In this document: in pieces, positions 47,267 through 59,313 of the stretch | Layout: each line of letters opens with the position of its first letter | Position numbering within the stretch: position 1 is the stretch's first letter | DNA from: Candidatus Undinarchaeota archaeon | GTDB taxonomy: Archaea; SpSt-1190; JASMDC01 | NCBI GenBank assembly: GCA_964519305.1 | Contig: CAZFHY010000018.1 | Coordinates: 1 to 64,000, forward strand | DNA: 64,000 nucleotides | Reading direction: 5' to 3' | Position numbers and translations under genes: made by a program | Notes under the pieces: generated by a model | The model's input: only the letters and a program-made list of their open reading frames with translations | Told to the model about the DNA's origin: nothing | Database searches by the model: none

Positions 47267-49726
47267 TCACTCCGCGTCGTTAATGACACGTGCGATGGAT
47301 ACGACTGTGTTGTCCTCGCGTAGGTCGATGACCCTTACACCGCGGGCCTGTCGTCCTTGCTTTGAGACCTTCCCTGCTTCGAGCTTGATCGTGACGCCCT
47401 CGGACGTGATGACCAGGAACTGCTCGTCCTCGGCGAGGAAGCGCATCCCGACGAGCGTGTCCGAGCGCCCGAGCTTGATCGCGATGATGCCCTTGCCGCC
47501 GCGATGCTGGTGACGCAGCTGACCGGGCGCTACACGCTTACCCTTGCCCTCCGTGGTGACGAAGAGCACATGGCGCTCCTTGTCGACAAGGCCCATTGCC
47601 ACGACCTTGTCGCCACGGGTGAGCTTCATGCCCCGGACCCCCTGCGATGCGCGGCCCTGGGCTCGGACCTCTGTCTCGGGGAAGCAGATCATCATGCCGT
47701 ACTGGCTGGCGAGCACGACCTCCTGGTCGCCGTCGGTGAGGCGCACGTCCACGACGTCGTCGCCCTCTACCACATTGATGGCGCGCAGGCCCTGACGCTT
47801 GGAGCCGTACTCCTTGAGCTCCGTCTTCTTGATGCGGCCCTGGCGGGTTGCGAACACTAAGTGCATCCCCTCTTCATCGAAGTCCTTGACCCGTATCATG
47901 GCCGAGATGATCTCATTCTGGAGCTTGGGGATGACGTTAACGACGGACGTACCTTTGGCCTGACGGCCCAGTTCGGGGACCCGGTAGGCCTTCTCCAGGA
48001 ACATCTGTCCGTTCTCAGTAAAGAACACCAGGAAATCGTGGGTTGAGCATACCAGGCATTCGGTGACGTAGTCCTCATCTCTCGTGGTCAGCGAGCCTTT
48101 GCCCACGCCGCCGCGACCCTGGACCCGGAAGGCGTCCACCTTCTGACGCTTTATGTAGCCCTGGGAGGTGATGGTGACGACCACGTCCTCCTCGGGGATG
48201 AGCGACTCAATATCGACATCGTCGATCTCGCCGGGGACGATCTCGGTCCGACGCTCGTCGCCGTACTTCTCCTTGAGCTCTACGAGTTCATCCTTGATAA
48301 TGGCCAGCCGCTTCTTCTCGTCGGCGAGGATGGCCTCCAGCTCCTTTATGCGCTTGCGCAGTGCCTTGGCCTCGTCCTCCACCTTCTGCCGCTCCATACC
48401 GGTCAGGCGTGAGAGCTGCATGGAGAGGATGGCATTGGCCTGGATCTCGGAGAGCTTGAAGCCCTTCATGAGGCCGCTGCGTGCGGTGTCGACGTCCTTG
48501 GCCTTCCGGATGAGCTCGATGACCTTGTCGAGGTTCTTGAGGGCGATGAGCAGTCCTTCGAGTATGTGGAGGCGCGCTTTGGCCTTCTTGAGCTCGAACT
48601 GGCACCGTCGCGTGACAACGTCGAGGCGGTGGTTGATGAAGTGGCGGATCATCGCCTTGAGAGGGAGCCGTTTGGGCTCGTTGTCCACGAGCGCCACCGT
48701 GTTGACACCGAAGGTGGTCTGCATGGCCGTGTGCTTGAACAGCTGGTTCTGGACCACGTCGAGCTGTGCGTCGCGGGAGAGCTCGATGACGACACGCATT
48801 CCGCTCCTGTCCGATTCGTCACGGATATTCGAGATGCCGTTGATCTTCTTATGGTTGGCAAGCTCGGCCATCTTCTCTATGAGGTTGGCCTTGTTGACGT
48901 AGTAGGGGAGCTCGGTGATGATGATGGCATGGCGGCCCTTGCGGACCTCCTCTACCTGGGTGCGTGCCTTGACGATGATGCGCCCGCTGCCGTGCTCGTA
49001 GGCGTTGCGGATACCGGCCAGTCCCATGATGATGCCGCCAGTGGGGAAGTCGGGACCCTTGACTATCTGCATGATCTCGTCCAGTTCGACTTCCGGCTTG
49101 TCGATCACCAGCACGCATGCGTCCAGGATCTCGCGCAGGTTGTGCGGCGGGATGTTCGTGGCCATGCCCACGGCGATACCTGAGGAACCGTTGAGGAGGA
49201 GATTGGGAAGTATGGAGGGGAGCACGGTGGGCTCTTGGAGGCTGTCGTCGAAGTTGGGACGGAAGTCCACTGTCTCCTTGTCGATGTCCTTGAGCAGCTC
49301 GATGGCGAGCTTTGTGAGCCGAGCCTCAGTGTAACGCATGGCGGCGGCCCGGTCACCGTCGATGGAACCGAAGTTGCCGTGGCCGTCCACAAGGAGGTAG
49401 CGTAGGGAGAAGGGCTGGGCCATCCGGACCATGGTGTCGTAGACCGCTGTGTCGCCGTGGGGGTGGTACTTACCCAGCACCTCGCCCACTACGCGGGCTG
49501 ACTTCTTGTGGGCCTTGTTCGGAGTGAGCCCGAGCTCCATCATGGCGAAGAGAATGCGCCGGTGCACGGGCTTGAGCCCGTCCCGGACATCGGGCAGCGC
49601 CCTGCCGACGATCACGCTCATGGCATAGTCGATATAGGACTTCTGCATCTCGTCCTCGATCTCGATATTGAGGGTCTTTGCCGAGACCGGGGCCGGCTTC
49701 GTATCCTTGCTCTTCTTCTTTGCCAT
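47267..49726 (-). CDS. gyrA: DNA gyrase subunit A
   Basis: YHPHGD, AAMRYTE catalytic Tyr, GyrA-box QGRGGVG, beta-pinwheel CTD. Confidence 0.98.
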   Translation of the reverse strand: MAKKKSKDTKPAPVSAKTLNIEIEDEMQKSYIDYAMSVIVGRALPDVRDGLKPVHRRILFAMMELGLTPNKAHKKSARVVGEVLGKYHPHGDTAVYDTMVRMAQPFSLRYLLVDGHGNFGSIDGDRAAAMRYTEARLTKLAIELLKDIDKETVDFRPNFDDSLQEPTVLPSILPNLLLNGSSGIAVGMATNIPPHNLREILDACVLVIDKPEVELDEIMQIVKGPDFPTGGIIMGLAGIRNAYEHGSGRIIVKARTQVEEVRKGRHAIIITELPYYVNKANLIEKMAELANHKKINGISNIRDESDRSGMRVVIELSRDAQLDVVQNQLFKHTAMQTTFGVNTVALVDNEPKRLPLKAMIRHFINHRLDVVTRRCQFELKKAKARLHILEGLLIALKNLDKVIELIRKAKDVDTARSGLMKGFKLSEIQANAILSMQLSRLTGMERQKVEDEAKALRKRIKELEAILADEKKRLAIIKDELVELKEKYGDERRTEIVPGEIDDVDIESLIPEEDVVVTITSQGYIKRQKVDAFRVQGRGGVGKGSLTTRDEDYVTECLVCSTHDFLVFFTENGQMFLEKAYRVPELGRQAKGTSVVNVIPKLQNEIISAMIRVKDFDEEGMHLVFATRQGRIKKTELKEYGSKRQGLRAINVVEGDDVVDVRLTDGDQEVVLASQYGMMICFPETEVRAQGRASQGVRGMKLTRGDKVVAMGLVDKERHVLFVTTEGKGKRVAPGQLRHQHRGGKGIIAIKLGRSDTLVGMRFLAEDEQFLVITSEGVTIKLEAGKVSKQGRQARGVRVIDLREDNTVVSIARVINDAE

Positions 49727-49736
49727 GCTCGCTCCC

Positions 49737-51662
<1,926 letters not shown>

Positions 51663-51807
51663 CTAGCCGAAATTCGAGGGTTTACCCTGAGTGGCCAACT
51701 ATTTTCGCAGAATATCGAGTCATTCTTCGCCGGTTACCGTAGAAGTGTGGTATGCAGTATCCAGGTGATCGCTGAGAGGGTGCTTTTAGGGCCCTGAGAT
51801 GGGCATT

Positions 51808-52407
51808 TTATGCTCGAGTTCCGTCGTGAAGTCGGTCCAGATCATCGACCCCAAGAAGCTCCATCGCCGCTGCTGTGGCGGCTAGACGAGCAGTGGCCCG
51901 GGTGTGGCCTGCACCCACGACGACGACGTCATCGTGGCCGGGCTTCCTTCCCTTCAGGATCGAACGGAGCGTCCGTCGGTTAAAGTGGATGCCCTCGGGC
52001 ATGACCTGTCCGCGACCGGGCTCCGTGACGAACACCGATGCACCACTACCGCCAGCTTCGATAGCGGCATCGTGCAGAGCGATAGTATCAAGAAGACGGT
52101 CCCGGGCACCGCGCACAACGATTAGGGCGTGACGCCCAGGTGCAGTGATACCGCTGGCATTGACGAGCACCGGCCCGTCGATGGCCGCACGCGTGACCGC
52201 ATGACCCTTATCTGAGACCTCGTGGCCTGTTGATGAAGGGTGCGCGAGGCCTTTATCGACCAGTCGGGTTAGGAGCTTTCTCATATGCCCGCTCCCCAGC
52301 TCCATCTCATCGCCCAGACGTTTCCTCCCCGCGGCCTTGCGGGCCAGGAGGTGGAGCGCGAGATAGGCGTGGGCGGGGCAATCGTGGGGAGAGGGGCTCT
52401 TTACCAT
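51808..52407 (-). CDS. Winged-helix protein, DUF4443/DUF2111-like
   Basis: GRKRL...L.LG.G..R.LL..L HTH; D.AI.AG..GA C-domain. Confidence 0.65.
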   Translation of the reverse strand: MVKSPSPHDCPAHAYLALHLLARKAAGRKRLGDEMELGSGHMRKLLTRLVDKGLAHPSSTGHEVSDKGHAVTRAAIDGPVLVNASGITAPGRHALIVVRGARDRLLDTIALHDAAIEAGGSGASVFVTEPGRGQVMPEGIHFNRRTLRSILKGRKPGHDDVVVVGAGHTRATARLAATAAAMELLGVDDLDRLHDGTRA

Positions 52408-52420
52408 CTTGCAGAGCTCC

Positions 52421-52954
52421 CTAGAGGAGTACGGCGTAGCTGAGCGCCCCCGCGGCCGCTATGGCATAGCCAAGGAAGCCGCCGATGTCGTACCCGTCCT
52501 TGTCATCATGGTCGTGATCGTGGTCCTTCTTGTAGCCACGGTCGTCATCATCGTCATCGTGCTTGTGATCGTCGTCGTAGTCGTCCTTCGTCTTCTTCTT
52601 CTGTTCGGCTGCCGGGTGGGCGTGCTTGGATTGGGGATCGACCTCTTTCTTTTCGGACCCCTTCTTCTTCGACTTGCCCTTCGTTGACTTGCTGGGGCCG
52701 AAGAAATGCTTGTCGAGGGAATCGCCGACCTCCTCGTTGTACTTCTTCTTACCCTGCTCCTTTAGGACGTAGGATGAGTAACCCATGTGGTATCCGAGTC
52801 CGCTCGTGATGACATAGGCGCCTTTTATTCCGGGGAAGGCGGCCTCGAGAAGAGGCGTAGCGTGGATACCGGCGAGCATACCGAGTGTGCAGTATACGGT
52901 CCGCTCCCAGTACACTCCTAGATCCTCAGTAAAGAACTCTGACATCCTTCTCAC
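52421..52954 (-). CDS. Hypothetical membrane protein with Lys-rich then His/Asp-rich tracts
   Basis: DDDHKHDDDDDD...DHDHDHDD before a C-terminal TM. Confidence 0.65.
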   Translation of the reverse strand: MRRMSEFFTEDLGVYWERTVYCTLGMLAGIHATPLLEAAFPGIKGAYVITSGLGYHMGYSSYVLKEQGKKKYNEEVGDSLDKHFFGPSKSTKGKSKKKGSEKKEVDPQSKHAHPAAEQKKKTKDDYDDDHKHDDDDDDRGYKKDHDHDHDDKDGYDIGGFLGYAIAAAGALSYAVLL

Positions 52955-53233
52955 CCGTTCTTCTGGGCCGGTTCATCCCACAATGTTTAAAAGTATTTCG
53001 TATTTCGTGGCCGCGGCCCCCATTCGCGAGAGTTTTGGGGTCTAATGGGCGATAAAACGGATAATCTGGCGGTTATTTGGTCAACGGGAGTATATGGTCG
53101 GTTATGGCCTCCTTATCGAAAGGATTATCCCGTACGTTATGCTGGTTCTGTCCACAATCCACTGTACAGAGCTAGAACTAATGGAATAGATGAGGGGGCA
53201 TATCGCCCCCGTGTATCGACGTGCGCTCCGGTT

Positions 53234-54364
53234 TCAGATCTTGATCCTGTCGGTCATGCCCACGGACCCGAAGGCCTTCATGAACATAGCGGCACCGAAG
53301 TAGGCACGTGCCTCAAGGGCCTTGAGAGTATCGGGGTTCAGGGCGTGGAGCTCATCGAAGAACTGCTTGATGGCGAACTTCGAGTACTTGCCGAACACCT
53401 CGATATCCCGCGTCATACCCTTCTTGGCGGCCTCCTCGCTATAGGTGTCAAGGGTCCAGCTCCAGATCTTCTGGTACAGTTCGGGCTCGAACACTTCGAG
53501 GGTCTCCCAGACGATGTTCATCCAGAACGTACCCACGTTCCCCTTGAGGATGTGACCCTTGGGGAAGTCGCTGTTGATGAGCGGGAGGGGCGTTCCGGTG
53601 ATGCCGTGCTGGGCGACCTTCACGTTCATGGGGGCGATGGCCTTAGCGATGTCCACCGTGCGGGGGATGTTGATGGTCACCTGCTCGATAGGATTGCCGT
53701 TCTCATCGTAGATGTTGCCGTGAGTAGAGCCGTTGGCGATGGCCAGGAGGTCAGGCTCGACACCGTTCTCCTTGAGCGCCTTGATGTAGGTGGCGGCCTC
53801 GTCCACTGTGGTGAGCACAAGTCCACTGGTGTCCTTCTTCCCCACCTCGCCGACCTCGCACTCCAGGCCGAAGTCCTTGGAGCCGTAGTGCTCGGCGATG
53901 AAGTGCGCGAGCTCCGTGGTCACGGCGATGTTCTTGGCAAGCTCCTCCAGGGTGGTCTTACCGTCGTGGTCGAATAGGTAGGATGCATCGATGGCGAACG
54001 AGGTGAAGCCGGCATCGATGTGGCCCTTGATGAGCTCCTTGGTGGCGGCAACGTCACCCGCGTCACCCTTCTTGAGGGTTATATGGTCAGCGTGGAGCGC
54101 CCAGAAGGGCCAACCGACCTCGTCGGCCACTTCCTTCACGGCGGTGGCGTAGGAAGCGGGAGAGTGGCCTGTGTAGCCGCGCTCTAGGTTGCACTCGCTA
54201 CGGGCCAGCTCGAAGATAATAGGCGCTTTAAGGTCCTTTGCAGCGCGCAGGATGCCGCGTACTACGCCGGGCACGACGCGTGTGTTGGCGGCCATGATGA
54301 TGGCCTTCTCGTTGATCAGGGACTGGATGATGCGGTTTCCGGGTTTGGGCGGGTTTGTCGCCAT
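53234..54364 (-). CDS. fba: Class II fructose-bisphosphate aldolase
   Basis: HADH, GFTS.AIDAS, ECEVG, NGSTHG, QHG.TG, KGNVGT. Confidence 0.93.
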   Translation of the reverse strand: MATNPPKPGNRIIQSLINEKAIIMAANTRVVPGVVRGILRAAKDLKAPIIFELARSECNLERGYTGHSPASYATAVKEVADEVGWPFWALHADHITLKKGDAGDVAATKELIKGHIDAGFTSFAIDASYLFDHDGKTTLEELAKNIAVTTELAHFIAEHYGSKDFGLECEVGEVGKKDTSGLVLTTVDEAATYIKALKENGVEPDLLAIANGSTHGNIYDENGNPIEQVTINIPRTVDIAKAIAPMNVKVAQHGITGTPLPLINSDFPKGHILKGNVGTFWMNIVWETLEVFEPELYQKIWSWTLDTYSEEAAKKGMTRDIEVFGKYSKFAIKQFFDELHALNPDTLKALEARAYFGAAMFMKAFGSVGMTDRIKI

Positions 54365-54544
54365 GGTAATCGTCTCCAATAGGTCTATCCTGTGTAACGC
54401 TCAACGAGCAAGGATTTTTAATTGCATCGGTCGGTGCGCGCCTCGACCGCAGGCGGTAGAGGCCCGCTCTACTCGACTGGAAAAAAAGAGGGGCGGGACC
54501 TTATAGGCCCCGCCCGCGTCCGTACGTCCGTCGTTCCGTTCCCC

Positions 54545-55849
54545 TTACTTCAGCTTGCCTTCCAAGTAGGCCTCGTACCCGCCCAGGTCCAGAAGTCCGT
54601 GACCCGAGAGGTTGAACACGATGACGCGTTCCTCGTTCGCCTCCTTGGCGGCCTTTGCCTCGCGGATGGCAGCGGCCACCGCGTGAGCGGTCTCCGGGGC
54701 GATAAGGATGCCCTCGCTCTTGGCGAAAATGTCACCAGCAAGGAACGCCTCCTTCTGCTCTACGGCGATCGCGTCGATGATCTTCTGATCGTTGAGGGCG
54801 CTGACGATGGGCGCGTCCCCGTGGTATCGCAGTCCGCCCGCGTAGATCGGCGGGGGCACGAAGTCGTGGCCCAGGCTGTTCATCTTGAGCAGCGGTGTCA
54901 GGCAGGCCGTATCCCCGTGATCGTACTTGTACGGGCCCTTGGTGAGGGTCGGTACGGTGGTCGGTTCCACACCGAGGAACCTCGTTCCCTTCATCTCCCC
55001 TCTCAGCGTCTTGCCCACGGATGGTAGCACGAACCCTCCGAAGTTGGATCCACCGCCGACGCACCCGATGAGCACGTCCGGTTTCTCGTCCGCCATCTTC
55101 AGCTGCGCGATCAGCTCCTGACCGATGACCGTCTGGTGCATTAGCACGTGGTTGAGCACCGAGCCGAGCGAGTAGCAGATATCCTCGTTCTTAGCGGCCG
55201 TCTCGACGGCCTCGCTGATGGCGATCCCCAGGCTCCCCGGGTGTTCCGGGTCCTTGGCGAGGAGGGCCTTGCCAGACTCCGTCTTCTGGCTCGGCGAGGC
55301 GTAGACGGTCGAGCCGTACATCTGCATGAGCGTCCGCCTGTAGGGCTTCTGCTGGTAGGAACAGCGCACCATGAACACCGTGCAGTCCAGGTTGAACATC
55401 GAGCATCCGAGCGAGAGCGCCGAGCCCCACTGGCCAGCGCCGGTCTCGGTGGCGATGCCCGATAGTCCGGCCTCGGCCGCGTAATAGGCCTGGGCGATGG
55501 CCGTGTTGGACTTGTGGCTCCCGGTGAGCGACACGTCCTCGCGCTTGAAGTAGATACGTGCGGGTGTGTTGAGCACCTTTTCGAGCCGTCTTGCCCGGTA
55601 TAGCGGTGTGGGCCTGCCGTTCCGCAGGTACGCTGCTCGTACCTCGTCCGGGATGTCGATGTACCGTTCCTGGCTCACCTCCTGCTTGATGATCTCCATG
55701 GGGAAGATCGGTGCCAGCGCCTCGGGGCCGATGGGCTCGTTGGTAGCCGGATTCAGTGGCGGAGGCAACGGCTCCGGGAGGTCCGCCTGGATGTTGTAGT
55801 AACGCTTTGGTACGTCGTTCTCGTCAAGTATGAACCGTTCCTTTGCCAT
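54545..55849 (-). CDS. trpB2: Tryptophan synthase beta chain, TrpB2 type
   Basis: [45 protein letters not shown]. Confidence 0.96.
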   Translation of the reverse strand: MAKERFILDENDVPKRYYNIQADLPEPLPPPLNPATNEPIGPEALAPIFPMEIIKQEVSQERYIDIPDEVRAAYLRNGRPTPLYRARRLEKVLNTPARIYFKREDVSLTGSHKSNTAIAQAYYAAEAGLSGIATETGAGQWGSALSLGCSMFNLDCTVFMVRCSYQQKPYRRTLMQMYGSTVYASPSQKTESGKALLAKDPEHPGSLGIAISEAVETAAKNEDICYSLGSVLNHVLMHQTVIGQELIAQLKMADEKPDVLIGCVGGGSNFGGFVLPSVGKTLRGEMKGTRFLGVEPTTVPTLTKGPYKYDHGDTACLTPLLKMNSLGHDFVPPPIYAGGLRYHGDAPIVSALNDQKIIDAIAVEQKEAFLAGDIFAKSEGILIAPETAHAVAAAIREAKAAKEANEERVIVFNLSGHGLLDLGGYEAYLEGKLK

Positions 55850-55892
55850 ATCAATCCCCTCGAGATGATTTCTGTTAGTTCTCGCAGTAAAA

Positions 55893-55908
55893 TGTACATT
55901 TGTGAACA
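55893..55908. promoter_or_regulatory. TRP-box pair (TrpY operator)
   Basis: TGTACA-TTTG-TGAACA between divergent trpB2 and trpY; matches the TGTACA-N4 box arrangement known for Methanothermobacter TrpY. Confidence 0.75.
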
Positions 55909-55938
55909 AATATAAACTTATTCGTGCATTTATTATCT

Positions 55939-56442
55939 ATGTGGTCAGCGGTTAGTGATCGGTTCAACGGACGCAGGGCACAGCTCAGGGTGGCGCGTGC
56001 GCTCTACGCCCGGGGGCTGGCCGTGAACGATGAGGGCCGTGTCCACACGAGCGGTGTCCCCGTCTCCCATGCCGGACTGGCCCGAACCATCGGTGTCGAC
56101 CGCCGTGTCGTGGACCAGACCTGTCGCACCATCCTCGACGATACCATCCTCAGCGCCGTATTCCGGAACCTGCGTCCCCAGCCTGCACTGCGGGACGTGG
56201 CGTCACATCTAGGGCTGGTGGCCCTGCGCATCTCCCCGGACGATGCTGCGAAGCGGGGTCTGCTCTCGCGTATATCGACTGCCATCGCAGAGTTCGACGT
56301 TGGTATCCACCAGGCCATCGCCGAGGACCCTTCCTTCAACGAGGAGCCCTACCTACTTCTCGTGCTCGACAAGGAGCTTCCGGACGGGCTGGTCAAGCGA
56401 CTGCGCCGTGTCGAGGGTGTGAGGAGCATCACGATCGTGTGA
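55939..56442 (+). CDS. trpY: TrpY-like HTH-ACT regulator (COG2150)
   Basis: LARTIGVDRRVV HTH and C-terminal ACT (I.QAI.EDP); divergent from trpB2. Confidence 0.85.
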   Translation: MWSAVSDRFNGRRAQLRVARALYARGLAVNDEGRVHTSGVPVSHAGLARTIGVDRRVVDQTCRTILDDTILSAVFRNLRPQPALRDVASHLGLVALRISPDDAAKRGLLSRISTAIAEFDVGIHQAIAEDPSFNEEPYLLLVLDKELPDGLVKRLRRVEGVRSITIV

Positions 56443-56494
56443 GCGCTCCCGGCCACCATCACTCTTTTAAACGTGTCCGTGCCAGCGGCAGCCC

Positions 56495-56920
56495 ATGGAC
56501 GCAGTCATGCTCTCGCTCCTTGCATCGTTCTTCTGGGGGACGACCGTTGTGGCCGAGAAGGTCATCGTCGACCTCGATGTCGACATCCGAACGCTCGCCT
56601 GCCTCAAGCACCTCATCGGGAGCGTTTGCTTCATGGCCTGGCTGATGGCGTCCTCGGGAGGACGGCAGCTCATCGTGCCCCGCGCAGCCTGGACCCCGCT
56701 CATGTACACGGCCGTGATCGGCTCGTTCCTAGGCTTCTGGTTCTACTTCAGCGCCCTGGAGCTCGAGGACTCTTCAAAAGTGGCCTTCATCTCATCGACT
56801 TACCCGCTCTTCGCCGTGCTCACAGCGCTTGTGGTCCTCAACGAGGACGTGAACTACACATTCCTGGCGGGTGGTGGCGGGCTCATCCTGACCGGTGTCT
56901 ATATCATATCGCAGGCATGA
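56495..56920 (+). CDS. Single-domain EamA/DMT transporter
   Basis: About 5 TMs; YF.AL...S.V..I..TYP.F...A...L.E. Confidence 0.85.
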   Translation: MDAVMLSLLASFFWGTTVVAEKVIVDLDVDIRTLACLKHLIGSVCFMAWLMASSGGRQLIVPRAAWTPLMYTAVIGSFLGFWFYFSALELEDSSKVAFISSTYPLFAVLTALVVLNEDVNYTFLAGGGGLILTGVYIISQA

Positions 56921-57023
56921 GACTACTTGAGAAACTCCTCGAGCAGGATCATCGTCAGCATCAACACGGGACCATGCACTTATGGCTGGTATCGATAAAA
57001 AACCATCGTACACGGGACGCTGT

Positions 57024-58274
57024 CTATCCGACAGTGAAGTCCGAGGATTCGCTTATACGAGTCTTGGTGACCTTGTCATCGACAACGACCACCTTCATCT
57101 GGTAGTCGCCGGCCTCTACCGGTGACTTGAGCGACAGCTTGTACACGCCCCAGTTATCGGTACGAACGCACTTGCACATACCACACCGGGAATCGACCTC
57201 GCACACGATGTCACCTTTACGACAGCCCGCCTCCCCCATCTCCGATTGGATGCACAGGATGACGGCGCCAACGGACGCGTGCTTCACCGGTGAGCCGTCC
57301 GGTTTGGACACCGATCCCTCCATTACGATGGGCTCGTCAGGGTAGAAGTACGACGAGACGACCAGTGGCGTCATGGACATGGGCTGGGACTTGATGACCA
57401 CGGCGAACATCAGGATGGACATCGTGAGCATGATCATCGAGTGTTTGAACCCTGCGATCACCGAGCCGTCGCCGATCTCACCGGCGATGAGGCCATTGTA
57501 GATACCCTCGATGTAGCACATGTTCATGAACAGGGTGCGGTAGCTGCCTGTGGTGAGCGCCTTCCCGCCTGTGGAACCGAACATGCTCGACAGACCCGAG
57601 GACTTCTGCATCACGAGCAGGGGTTTGAGGATGGTCGTGAGAGCGTAGATAATGATGAGGAAGATGATGTGGATAACGTACATGATCATGACCTGTGCCG
57701 ACATCTTGGCCTTCTGCTCGGCCTCCAGGTCCTTGACCAGACGTGCGTCCTGTGCCACCGACTCCATGGTCTCGGCGACGTCACCACCCGAGCGGTATGC
57801 CTCGATGATGATACCCATCGACTGCTGGATGAACGATGACTGGTTGTTACGTTCAATGAACATCTCGATGACACGGGGGAACGGGATACCCCAGGAGAGC
57901 TGGGATGCCATGATCCGGACCTCGGGCGAGAGCGGTCCGTAATCGGTCTTGGCGGCGTTGGTCAGACCCTGTGGGATGGTCATACCGGACCGACGCGCTT
58001 CTGCGATATAACGCAGGAAGTTGGGCAGGGACTCCTCCATCTTGTGGATACGGGAGAACTCCTGGTACTGGACGAAAGCGTAGGGCCCGCCCATGGAGAG
58101 CACTCCTACGATGATGATCGATGCGAACGATTCGGCCCCCATGTCGGGGTCCGTGAACCGCATGAACACACCGTACATGATGATGCTCAGCCCGATGAAC
58201 GCGGCGAAGATGACCACGAGCATCTGCTTGTCCTCGCGTATCTCAAGAAGCTTCTGACGCAGGCTCACGGGCAC
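57024..58274 (-). CDS. Type IV pilus platform protein (TadC/T2SS-F) with extra C-terminal Cys-rich domain
   Basis: LPNFLR.IAE..RSG, YG.LS.E, SGG......E.V, GL.AG...G....G.KH. Confidence 0.88.
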   Translation of the reverse strand: MPVSLRQKLLEIREDKQMLVVIFAAFIGLSIIMYGVFMRFTDPDMGAESFASIIIVGVLSMGGPYAFVQYQEFSRIHKMEESLPNFLRYIAEARRSGMTIPQGLTNAAKTDYGPLSPEVRIMASQLSWGIPFPRVIEMFIERNNQSSFIQQSMGIIIEAYRSGGDVAETMESVAQDARLVKDLEAEQKAKMSAQVMIMYVIHIIFLIIIYALTTILKPLLVMQKSSGLSSMFGSTGGKALTTGSYRTLFMNMCYIEGIYNGLIAGEIGDGSVIAGFKHSMIMLTMSILMFAVVIKSQPMSMTPLVVSSYFYPDEPIVMEGSVSKPDGSPVKHASVGAVILCIQSEMGEAGCRKGDIVCEVDSRCGMCKCVRTDNWGVYKLSLKSPVEAGDYQMKVVVVDDKVTKTRISESSDFTVG

Positions 58275-58353
58275 ACCTCCTTGTACGGTAGCATCAGGTC
58301 CCTATATAGACTATACGTGTCGCGAGAATAAAAAACCATCGTTCCGGTGCCGC

Positions 58354-59313
58354 TCATGTCGACACCACCACATAGACGATGACGACGAAAGTGAGCGCCC
58401 CCAGGATGAGTATCTCGTATGTGCTGTCCGCCTTGGCCACAGGTGACATGGTCATGACCATGACGATGAATCCGTCCGCCGCTAGTGGCAACATTATCAA
58501 CATGCCCTTCTGGAGGAGAGGCATGATGCTCCCCCCGCCCATGACCGTCATGACCGCAGACATGACCACGAAGAACACTGATCCTACGATGACGACGGTG
58601 ATGTACATCTCCACCAACATCGAAAGCTGCTCTACGTAGGAGTCCAGTGATCGGCGGTACACGTTCATGTACTCGCGCGACTTCTCGTGGAGGAGGATCT
58701 TGAGGTCACCGCCCGTGGTGATCGTATCCTTGATATCCCACAGCAGGTCCTTGAACTGCTCGGACGCCTGGCGTCCGGAGGCGCGCTCCAGGGCGGTGGG
58801 TACGTCCATACCGAAGATCTCGATATCACGGGTGATGAGCTTTGCCTCCTGGCTCACGTCCCCGTACTGGTCGAACTTCGACATGATCTTGAAGATGTTC
58901 TGCGGCGGCATCCCTGATCCTGCCATTGTGGCCAGGTACGTCGTTGCGAACGGTAGGATGTTGTCGATGGACTTCTTCTTCCCAGCGACGATGATCGCTG
59001 GATAGACATAGAACATCGTAAGTACCGCCACGAACATGAACGTCCAACCGAACACCGCTCCGAACACGACGATGATGATCGTGTTAGGTGCGAATGGGTC
59101 CAGGAGGATCATCAGCACGCACGTGGGAACAAGAAGGAGGATGGGCAGGATCAGAGAGCTCATGATGGCCGCGGACACGTACTCCTCTGCCGTCAGACGG
59201 ATGCTGGCCTTACGCAGGTCGTTGCGGATGTCGGTGAGCGACGAGCCGTACGACTCGACAAGGCTGCCGAACAGTGAGTATGAGAAACGAAGATACTCTT
59301 CCGCAAAGGTCAT
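58354..59313 (-). CDS. Type IV pilus platform protein (TadB/TadC/ArlJ-like)
   Basis: DL.KA......Y, LPFA..Y.A.MA.SG, YG.VS.E, TGGDL. Confidence 0.9.
   Translation of the reverse strand: MTFAEEYLRFSYSLFGSLVESYGSSLTDIRNDLRKASIRLTAEEYVSAAIMSSLILPILLLVPTCVLMILLDPFAPNTIIIVVFGAVFGWTFMFVAVLTMFYVYPAIIVAGKKKSIDNILPFATTYLATMAGSGMPPQNIFKIMSKFDQYGDVSQEAKLITRDIEIFGMDVPTALERASGRQASEQFKDLLWDIKDTITTGGDLKILLHEKSREYMNVYRRSLDSYVEQLSMLVEMYITVVIVGSVFFVVMSAVMTVMGGGSIMPLLQKGMLIMLPLAADGFIVMVMTMSPVAKADSTYEILILGALTFVVIVYVVVST

Noticed and set aside
52409-52687. Val-rich plus-strand ORF
   Set aside because: Antisense image of the His/Asp tract on the minus strand.
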